In this document: piece after piece, positions 56,900-64,000 of the stretch
How the letters are laid out: each line of letters begins with the position of its first letter
Position numbering within the stretch: position 1 is the stretch's first letter
NCBI GenBank assembly: GCA_031409275.1
Contig: JANNXA010000022.1
Span: forward strand, 160,001-224,000
Source: Planctomycetota bacterium
GTDB lineage: Bacteria; Planctomycetota; B15-G4; SIAN01
Length of the DNA: 64,000 nucleotides
Reading direction: 5' to 3'
Made by a program: the position numbers and the translations under genes
The notes under the pieces: generated by a model
What the model was told of the DNA's origin: nothing
What the model saw: only the letters and a program-made list of their open reading frames with translations
The model's database searches: none

Positions 56900-57676
56900 A
56901 TGACCGATCCGCGATTCAAGAAGCCCGCCGACATCCTCGCTCGTCGGGAGTTCCTCGCTGTCGCAGCGGCGGGCGCTGCGCTGGCTGCCGCCACGCCGGC
57001 GTTGCAGGCTGCCGCCGCGGCCGTTCCGGCGCCCCCGAAGACGCCGGCGATTCCGGCGGTCGCGCGGCCGCGCGCCACGATCGAGCTGCCGCCGCTTCCC
57101 TACGCCGAGAACGCCCTCGAACCGGTCATCTCGGCGCAGACGATCGGCTTCCACTACGGCAAGCACCACCGCGCGTATGTCGACAACGTCAACAAGATGG
57201 TGGCCGGAACCGACCTCGAGAAGGCCTCGCTCGAGCAGATCGTCGCGGCGGCGGCGGCGGGCGGCCCCGACAAAGCGGGCCTGTTCAACAACGCCGCACA
57301 GGTATGGAACCACACGTTCTATTGGAACAGCCTGACCGCTGGCGGCGGCGGCAAGCCCGAGGGCGACTTGCTGGCGAAGATCGAGGCGTCGTTCGGCACC
57401 TTCGAGAAGCTGAAGGAAGAACTCGCCAACGCGGGCAAGTCGCAGTTCGGAAGCGGCTGGGCCTGGCTCGTGCAGGACGGCGCGACGCTCAAGGTGATGA
57501 AGACGGCGAACGCCGAAACGCCGATCACCAAGGGGCTGAAGCCGTTGCTCACGCTCGACGTGTGGGAGCACGCCTACTACCTCGACTACCAGAATCGTCG
57601 CCCCGACTACCTCGCGGCGCTGATCGACAAGCTGGTCTCGTGGAAGTTCGCCGCGGCCAACCTCGCGAAGAGCTGA
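56900..57676 (+). CDS. sodB: Fe/Mn superoxide dismutase (Fe-type signature) with a Tat-like leader
   Basis: LPPLPY, HYGKHH, FNNAAQVWNH, FGSGWAWL, DVWEHAYY; RBS AGGAGA. Confidence 0.93.
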   Translation: MTDPRFKKPADILARREFLAVAAAGAALAAATPALQAAAAAVPAPPKTPAIPAVARPRATIELPPLPYAENALEPVISAQTIGFHYGKHHRAYVDNVNKMVAGTDLEKASLEQIVAAAAAGGPDKAGLFNNAAQVWNHTFYWNSLTAGGGGKPEGDLLAKIEASFGTFEKLKEELANAGKSQFGSGWAWLVQDGATLKVMKTANAETPITKGLKPLLTLDVWEHAYYLDYQNRRPDYLAALIDKLVSWKFAAANLAKS

Positions 57677-57730
57677 CGCTCGCCGTCGAGCGGATCGGCT
57701 GGACGAGCGATCGCGCGATCCGTCGCCGGC

Positions 57731-57756
57731 CCCGTCGGTGCCTCCGCACCGGCGGG
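57731..57756 (+). terminator. GC-rich hairpin between sod and ppa (possible terminator or stabiliser)
   Basis: cccgtcggtgc-ctcc-gcaccggcggg forms an 11-bp stem with one G-U pair; the U tract after it is weak. Confidence 0.35.
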
Positions 57757-57841
57757 TTCGGCCGTTGCTCAAGTCCGTGCGGGCCGGCTCCGCGCGGCGG
57801 TGACTTCGGCGCGCAGGGCATCCCAGCCGATCAGGACTCCC

Positions 57842-58381
57842 ATGAGCCTCCACAACGTCACCGCAGGCGCCGGCGTACCCGACGAGTTCCACGTGATCAT
57901 CGAGATCCCGATGAACGCGGACCCGATCAAGTACGAGGTCGACGAGGCGAGCGGCGCGCTCTTCGTCGATCGCTTCATGAGCACGGCGATGCACTACCCG
58001 TGCAACTACGGCTACATCCCGCAGACCAAGGCCGATGACGGCGATCCCGTGGACGTGCTGGTGATCACGCCGGTCGCGTTGCTGACCAGCGTCGTCGTGC
58101 GCTGCCGGCCGATCGGCATGCTGCAGATGGAGGACGAGGCGGGCGGCGACAACAAGCTGCTGGCCGTGCCGGTCACCAAGGTGCTGCCGCTCTACGCGCA
58201 ATGGCAGGAGCCCGAGGACTTGAACCCGATGCGCTTGCACGCGATCCAGCACTTCTTCGAGCACTACAAGGACCTCGAACCGGGCAAGTGGGTCAAGGTG
58301 AGGGGGTGGAAGAGTTCGCTCGAGGCGAAGGCCGAAGTGATCGCCGGCATCGCGCGCTGGAAGGCGACGCACGGAGGCTGA
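57842..58381 (+). CDS. ppa: Inorganic pyrophosphatase (family I)
   Basis: IKYE, VDRF, YPCNYGYIP, DDGDPVDVLV, DEAGGDNK, HFFEHYKDLE. Confidence 0.96.
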   Translation: MSLHNVTAGAGVPDEFHVIIEIPMNADPIKYEVDEASGALFVDRFMSTAMHYPCNYGYIPQTKADDGDPVDVLVITPVALLTSVVVRCRPIGMLQMEDEAGGDNKLLAVPVTKVLPLYAQWQEPEDLNPMRLHAIQHFFEHYKDLEPGKWVKVRGWKSSLEAKAEVIAGIARWKATHGG

Positions 58382-58390
58382 GCGCGCGTC

Positions 58391-58930
58391 TCAGCCCATC
58401 ACCCGCAAGTACTGCGACCACGGTCCGACCGCGGACTTCCAGCGCTTCGCCAGCGTCCGCTCGATCTGCACCAGGTGGTTCAGGTCATGGGCGACCCAGG
58501 TTGCGAGCAGCTGTCCAAGCGTGACCGTTCCCAGCGCCGGATGGAGGCCGCGTCGATCGAGGTCCGCCGGCGCCAGCGACAGCGCGGCGAGTGCCGCGAG
58601 GCTCTCGCCACGCCGCTGCGCGAACTCGTCCAGAAGCGCTTCGATCGCCTGCGGCGGCGCGCGCAACTGGGCGAAGCGATCGAACGGCTCGAACGGAACG
58701 CTCTCAGCATGCTCGAGCAGATGGCGCGCGCGCGGGATCCAGTCGCTCTTCTCGCCGTGGATCAGGTGGCCGACGACGACGCGCGGGCTCCAGGTGCCCG
58801 CCCCCTCGTCGGCGTCGAGCCAGACTGCCGGCACTCCTCGCAGCAGCGCATCGACCACCCGCGGCGTCCGCTCGAGCAGCGGCACGCCCTCGTCCAGTCG
58901 AAACGCTGCGAGCGAGGGTGGCGCGCTCAC
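58391..58930 (-). CDS. DinB/YfiT family protein
   Basis: LERTP, WSP..VVGHL, HPALG.VTL, HDLNH (metal-binding His set). Confidence 0.88.
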   Translation of the reverse strand: MSAPPSLAAFRLDEGVPLLERTPRVVDALLRGVPAVWLDADEGAGTWSPRVVVGHLIHGEKSDWIPRARHLLEHAESVPFEPFDRFAQLRAPPQAIEALLDEFAQRRGESLAALAALSLAPADLDRRGLHPALGTVTLGQLLATWVAHDLNHLVQIERTLAKRWKSAVGPWSQYLRVMG

Positions 58931-61674
58931 TGCACCGCGATCGCGGCGGGGTTGCTCGCCACCAGGCGGTTGCGCACGTACTTCAGGCTGTAGACACGGA
59001 GCGTGAAGGTGCTGCCGCTCGCGCCGGTCGGGATCGTGTCGGTCGCTTCGTAGCGTCCGAACTCGTCGAGCACGTCGATGAGCAGCACCTCGAAGAGCGG
59101 CATTCCGTCGACGTCCACCAGGATCAGGAGGAACGGCGCGCCCGTCTCGCCGCCCGTGATCGTCGCCGTGCAGGCATCGCCCTCGTTGGGATCGGTCGGC
59201 GACACGCTGAAGGTCAGCGGCACCGAACCGTAGGCGCGCACGCGGCCGGCATCGACTCCGATCCCGCTGTTGTCCTCGCTTGTCGCTCCGACCACCAGGT
59301 CGAAGCGCCGATCGCCGTCGAGATCGACCTCCCCCATCAGGCTCGCGCCGAAGGTGGTGCCCGCGATCCCCTCGACCGCCTGCAGCAGCGACCCATCGAC
59401 GCCGGAGCGCAACTCCGCCACATCGAGCCCGCGCCAGGAGAGCCAGTAGTCGGGGACGCGATCGCCATCGCGATCTTCGGCGCGCGAGAAGGCCGCGATC
59501 TCGCCGGTGGCGCCCGCCGGGGCGTTCATGCGGTAGATCAGCGAGCCGGTCGCGCCGGAGACGATGCGTGCCACGCGGTTGCGCGCGTCGTTGCCGATGC
59601 CGAAGTCGTCGAGGCCATCGCGATCGATGTCGCCGACGTTCGCGACGGTCGCGCCGACGCGGTCGACCGTGCCGTAGTTCACGGTGCGCAGCGTCGAACC
59701 GTCGGCGCCTGAAAGAAGCTCGGCGCTCGCGAGCCCGGGCACCCCGACCAGCACATCGTCGAGACCATCTCCATCCTGATCGCCGACGTTGGCGAGCGAC
59801 GCGCCGAACTCATCCGCCGCCGCTCGCGTCTCGTCCCACAGGAGTCCGCCGTCGCTGCCGCGGCGCGCGGTCACGTGGCTCGTCCCCGGCCCGCCGATGA
59901 AGAGGTCGCCGCTGCCGTCGCCATCGAGGTCGCCGGCCGCCGACAGCGCGGCGCCATCGCGGCCACCGAGCGTCGCGCCATCGATCGTCACGATCGTCGC
60001 GCCGGTCGCGCCCGAGACCACGCGCACGCCGCCGGTATCGGTGGCGCCGGCATTGAAGTCGGGTTGTCCGATGGCGAGGTCATCGATCGCGTCACCGTCG
60101 ACGTCGCCGAGCGAGGCGAGCGTGGCGCCGAAGTTCGCATTGCCCTGGTTCGGGCCGGCGACGGTGCGCAAGGTCGCACCGGTGCGCCCCGACGCGATCT
60201 GCACCGAGCCGCCCGTGAAGCTGCCCGGCCGATCGCCCGGAACGCCGATCGCCACGTCCGGCAGCGCGTCGCCGTCGGCATCCGCCGCCACGCACACTGC
60301 GCTGCCGCTGCGCGAAGAGGCGCGAGTGCCGTCCTTCACCCAGCGCGCGGTCGCCAACGTTCGCCAGGAGGCGCGCTGCACGGCCTTCCAGGCATTGATC
60401 CGGCCACCGGTGGCGCACTTCGAGGAGAGGGTGGCGAGCGGATCGACCGAGTCGACGATCCAGTCCTTGATCTGCTGGCCGTCGGCGCTGCCTCCCACCC
60501 ACGCGAGCAGCGCGGCGAGCCCGGTCGCCGTCGGCGCCGCGTAGGAGTTGGCCGAGCCGACGCTGTAGCCGCCGCCGAGCGTCGTGCTCTGCAAGTTGTT
60601 GCCTGGCACGAGCACGTCGAGGCTCACCTTCCCGAAGTCGGAGAAGCTGGTGAGCGCATCGTTCTCGTCGGTCGAACCGATCGCGAGGATCTCGGGCAGG
60701 TCGAAGCAGACCGGGTAGCTCGCCTTGTTGTCGAGGTTCTGCGCCGAGTTCCCGCCCGGCACGATCGCGAGGTGGCCCGCATCGCCCGCGAGGTCGAAGG
60801 CGTCGTAGAGCGTCTGCGAGAAGCTCGGGCTCGTGTAGCTGTGGTTCGACACGACCGCGCCATGCGCCACCGCGTAGTCGAGGCACGTGATCGCCTCGGC
60901 GAAGGTCCCGCTGCCGGCCGCCGAAAGGAACTTGCAGCCCATGATGCGGGCGTTCCAGGCCACGCCGGCGATGCCCTGGCCGTTGTCCGGCTCGGCCGCG
61001 GCGATGCCGGCGACGAACGTGCCGTGGCCGTTGTCATCCATCGGATCGCCATCGACGTTGACGGCATCGATGCCATGCACGTCGTCGATCCAGCCGTTGG
61101 CGTCGTCGTCGATTCCGTTCCCGGCGATCTCGCCCGGATTCACCCACGCCTTGTTGGCGAGGTCGGGATGGGTGTAGTCGCAGCCGGTGTCGACGGTCGC
61201 GAGGATGACGCCCGCGTCGCCGCGCGCCATGTCCCATGCCTCGAACAGATCCATGTCCGAGTCGTTCGCCTGCCCGAGGTGCCATTGCAGCGGGACGAGC
61301 GGGTCGTTGGGGACGCCGGTCGGCTGGACGCGGAAGTTCGGCTCGGCGTAGCGGACGAGACCCGACTCGTTCAGCTTGCGCAGCGTGGCGGCGAGGTCGC
61401 TGCCCGGGGCGAGCCGCAGGCGGAAGAGCTGACCGTGCCACAGCTCGTCGTCGCTGATGGCGCCCGCGAGCCCGCGCACCGCGGCGCGCAGCTGCGGCGA
61501 CGCGGCCTCATGCCCGCGCCACAGAACCTGGTCGGGCACGATGTCGCCGACGAGCGGCGTGTGGCCGTCCTGGAAACGGGGTCGCGCCGTCTCCTCCGCC
61601 GAGCGCGCGAAGAGGCTCGGCGCAGCCGCGATCAGCAGCGCGAAACGGGGGCAACGGAAGCCGGCGTTCGACAT
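58927..61674 (-). CDS. S8 (subtilisin-like) peptidase with FG-GAP repeats and a C-terminal beta domain
   Basis: YAEPN, TVDTG (Asp), HGTFVAG (His), GGN, NSYAAP (Ser); repeats such as GDVDGD and GDLDGDG. Confidence 0.9.
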   Translation of the reverse strand: MSNAGFRCPRFALLIAAAPSLFARSAEETARPRFQDGHTPLVGDIVPDQVLWRGHEAASPQLRAAVRGLAGAISDDELWHGQLFRLRLAPGSDLAATLRKLNESGLVRYAEPNFRVQPTGVPNDPLVPLQWHLGQANDSDMDLFEAWDMARGDAGVILATVDTGCDYTHPDLANKAWVNPGEIAGNGIDDDANGWIDDVHGIDAVNVDGDPMDDNGHGTFVAGIAAAEPDNGQGIAGVAWNARIMGCKFLSAAGSGTFAEAITCLDYAVAHGAVVSNHSYTSPSFSQTLYDAFDLAGDAGHLAIVPGGNSAQNLDNKASYPVCFDLPEILAIGSTDENDALTSFSDFGKVSLDVLVPGNNLQSTTLGGGYSVGSANSYAAPTATGLAALLAWVGGSADGQQIKDWIVDSVDPLATLSSKCATGGRINAWKAVQRASWRTLATARWVKDGTRASSRSGSAVCVAADADGDALPDVAIGVPGDRPGSFTGGSVQIASGRTGATLRTVAGPNQGNANFGATLASLGDVDGDAIDDLAIGQPDFNAGATDTGGVRVVSGATGATIVTIDGATLGGRDGAALSAAGDLDGDGSGDLFIGGPGTSHVTARRGSDGGLLWDETRAAADEFGASLANVGDQDGDGLDDVLVGVPGLASAELLSGADGSTLRTVNYGTVDRVGATVANVGDIDRDGLDDFGIGNDARNRVARIVSGATGSLIYRMNAPAGATGEIAAFSRAEDRDGDRVPDYWLSWRGLDVAELRSGVDGSLLQAVEGIAGTTFGASLMGEVDLDGDRRFDLVVGATSEDNSGIGVDAGRVRAYGSVPLTFSVSPTDPNEGDACTATITGGETGAPFLLILVDVDGMPLFEVLLIDVLDEFGRYEATDTIPTGASGSTFTLRVYSLKYVRNRLVASNPAAIAVQ

Positions 61675-61738
61675 CGATTCGCTCCAGCAGAAGCAGCAAC
61701 GGTCGTACGGCTGACGATGCTCACCGCGCGCGCCGCAC

Positions 61739-61768
61739 TTGACAAGCCCCGGTCGCCGTCCGCAGTCT
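61739..61768 (+). promoter_or_regulatory. Sigma70-type promoter of topA (TTGACA-N18-CAGTCT)
   Basis: Perfect -35 at 61739-61744; weak -10 ends 7 nt before ATG 61776. Confidence 0.5.
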
Positions 61769-61775
61769 CGCCGGA

Positions 61776-64000
61776 ATGGGAAAGCCGCTCGTCATCGTGG
61801 AATCACCGGCCAAGGCGAAGACCATCGCCAAGTTCCTCGGCAAGGACTGGGTGGTCGAAGCGTCGATCGGCCACGTCCGTGACCTGCCCTCGAACGCCTC
61901 CGAGATCGCCCCGGCGCTGAAGAAGGAGGCGTGGGCGCGACTTGGCGTCGACGTCGACCACGGCTACGCCCCGCTCTACGTCGTGCCGGCCGAGAAACGG
62001 GGCAAGATTCGCGAACTGAAGAGCCTGCTGAAGGACGCCAGCGCCCTCTACCTCGCCACCGATGAGGACCGCGAAGGCGAGGCGATCTCGTGGCACCTGC
62101 TCGAGCTGTTGCAGCCGAAGGTGCCGGTCAAACGGATGGTGTTCCACGAGATCACGAAGGCGGCGATCGACGCCGCGCTCAAGAACTGCCGCGACATCGA
62201 CACGAGCCTCGTCGACGCCCAGGAGGCGCGACGCATCCTCGATCGCCTCTACGGCTACGAGGTGAGCCCGATCCTCTGGCGCAAGATCGCGCCGCGCCTC
62301 TCGGCGGGGCGAGTCCAGAGCGTCGCCACCCGCCTCATCGTCGAGCGCGAGCAGGAGCGCATGGCGTTCCGTTCGGCCGACTGGTGGAACGCCCTGGTGA
62401 CCCTCGAGCGCACGGCGATCGCGTTCCCGGCGCAGGTGATCGCCGTGGATGCGCGGGTGCTCGCGCAGGGGCGCGACTTCGGCAGCGACGGCAAGCTGCT
62501 GGCCGGCCGCAACGTCCTCGTGCTCGACGAAGCGGGCGCGAAGCGACTCGCCGAGGGGCTCGCCGGCAGCGTGCCGATCACGCGGAAGGTCGAGCAGAAG
62601 GACTACGGCTCCTCGCCCAAGCCGCCGTTCACGACGTCGACGCTCCAACAGGAAGCGGGACGCAAGCTCGGGATGACGGCGAAGCGGGCGATGCAGGCCG
62701 CGCAACGTCTCTACGAAGGCGGATTCATCACCTACATGCGTACCGACAGCATCGCGCTCTCGGCGCAGGCGCTGCAGGCGGCGCGCACCCTGGTGGGCGC
62801 GCGCTACGGCGCCGACTACCTGCCGCGAACGCCGCGCACCTGGGACGCCAAGTCGCGCAACGCCCAGGAAGCGCACGAGGCGATCCGCCCGGCCGGCGAG
62901 AGCTTCCGCGATCCCGACGAGGTCGCGCGCGAGACGCCGGTCGACGAGGCGCGCCTCTACGACCTGATCTGGAAGCGGACGGTGGCGTCGCAGATGGTGG
63001 ACGCTCGCCTGCGCAGCGTCGCTGCGACCTTCGACGCCCCGCTGCGCGGCGGCGGCAAGGCGGAACTCGTCGCGCGCGGTCGCACCACCTTGTTCGATGG
63101 CTACTTGCGTGCCTACGTCGAAGGGCGCGATGAAGGCGAGGCGAGCGGCGCCGAGCGCGGGGACCACGACGAGGCGGTGTTGCCGCCGCTGCAGCAGGGC
63201 GATGAAGCGTTGGTGGTGCGTGCCGAGCCGGCCGGTCACTCGACCAAGCCGCCGGCGCGCTTCACGGAAGCGGGTCTGGTCCAGAAGCTCGAGGAGCTTG
63301 GGGTCGGACGCCCGTCCACGTACGCCAGCATCATCGGCACGATCGTCGATCGTGAGTACGTCGTGAAGCGAGGCGCGGCGCTCGTCCCGACCCCGCTCGC
63401 GTTCGCCGTCGTCAGCCTGATGCTGGCGCTCGAACCGACGCTCGTCGACTACTCGTTCACCGCCGAGATGGAGAACGAGCTCGACGCGATCGCGCGCGGC
63501 GAGTCGAAGCGCAATGACTTCCTCGAACGCTTCTATCGCGGCGACAAACCGGGCCTGAAGGCGATCGTCACCGATCGGGCTGCCGCGATCGATCCGCGCA
63601 AGGTCGGCACGATCCCGATCGGCATGAAGGATGGCGTCGCGATCTCGCTGCGCGTCGGCCGCTACGGCCCCTACATCGAGCACGGCGACCTGCGCGCGAG
63701 CGTCCCCGAAGGGCTCGCCCCCGACGAGATCACCGTCGACAAGGCGCTCGAACTCATCGCCACGGCCAGTCAGGCCGAGGAGCCGATGGGCCAGTCCACG
63801 GACGGCCAGCCGGTCTTCCTTCGCACCGGCCGCTTCGGCCCCTACGTGCAGCTTGGACTCGATCCCGAGGAGGGCGACGACAAGGCCGCGAAACCCAAGC
63901 GCGCGTCGCTGCTGCGTTCGATGAACCCGAAGAGCCTCTCGCTGGAGCAGGCGCTGCAGCTCCTGTCGCTACCGCGCGCGGTCGGGCTCGATGTCGATGG
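61776..64000 (+). CDS. topA: Type IA DNA topoisomerase I, runs off the window end
   Basis: MGKPLVIVESPAKAKTI, GHVRDLP, ATDEDREGEAI, SAGRVQS, ITYMRTD, AQEAHEAIRP, GVGRPSTYA, GRYGPY repeats. Absent from the ORF track because there is no stop codon in the window. Confidence 0.97.
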   Translation, partial: MGKPLVIVESPAKAKTIAKFLGKDWVVEASIGHVRDLPSNASEIAPALKKEAWARLGVDVDHGYAPLYVVPAEKRGKIRELKSLLKDASALYLATDEDREGEAISWHLLELLQPKVPVKRMVFHEITKAAIDAALKNCRDIDTSLVDAQEARRILDRLYGYEVSPILWRKIAPRLSAGRVQSVATRLIVEREQERMAFRSADWWNALVTLERTAIAFPAQVIAVDARVLAQGRDFGSDGKLLAGRNVLVLDEAGAKRLAEGLAGSVPITRKVEQKDYGSSPKPPFTTSTLQQEAGRKLGMTAKRAMQAAQRLYEGGFITYMRTDSIALSAQALQAARTLVGARYGADYLPRTPRTWDAKSRNAQEAHEAIRPAGESFRDPDEVARETPVDEARLYDLIWKRTVASQMVDARLRSVAATFDAPLRGGGKAELVARGRTTLFDGYLRAYVEGRDEGEASGAERGDHDEAVLPPLQQGDEALVVRAEPAGHSTKPPARFTEAGLVQKLEELGVGRPSTYASIIGTIVDREYVVKRGAALVPTPLAFAVVSLMLALEPTLVDYSFTAEMENELDAIARGESKRNDFLERFYRGDKPGLKAIVTDRAAAIDPRKVGTIPIGMKDGVAISLRVGRYGPYIEHGDLRASVPEGLAPDEITVDKALELIATASQAEEPMGQSTDGQPVFLRTGRFGPYVQLGLDPEEGDDKAAKPKRASLLRSMNPKSLSLEQALQLLSLPRAVGLDVD

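Overview
This is a gene-dense, GC-rich (about 70% by eye) bacterial chromosomal segment with about 51 CDS, two of them cut by the window edges (a NUDIX hydrolase C-terminus on the left and topA on the right). The gene content suggests Planctomycetota (inference): two DUF1549/DUF1553 + DUF1501 pairs, a planctomycete cytochrome c domain, CRTAC1/ASPIC-UnbV and FG-GAP proteins, a sulfatase-like protein and a MoxR-DUF58-VWA (Bat-like) operon. I found no rRNA, tRNA, CRISPR array, transposase or phage genes. The best candidate for an undescribed system is an ECF sigma factor with a fused Cys-rich, anti-sigma-like C-terminus. It lies directly upstream of a persulfide dioxygenase-rhodanese-YgaP triple fusion and a TauE exporter, and may form a sulfide/persulfide-sensing module. 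Other highlights are an fpvK-C-D-E-like metal ABC cassette whose binding protein lacks one His ligand, a shared C-terminal beta domain on unrelated secreted hydrolases, a ChaN fusion with a degenerate hydrolase domain, and several apparently leaderless genes. All family calls come from motif recognition, with no database searches run. Many start codons were moved downstream of the ORF-track starts.
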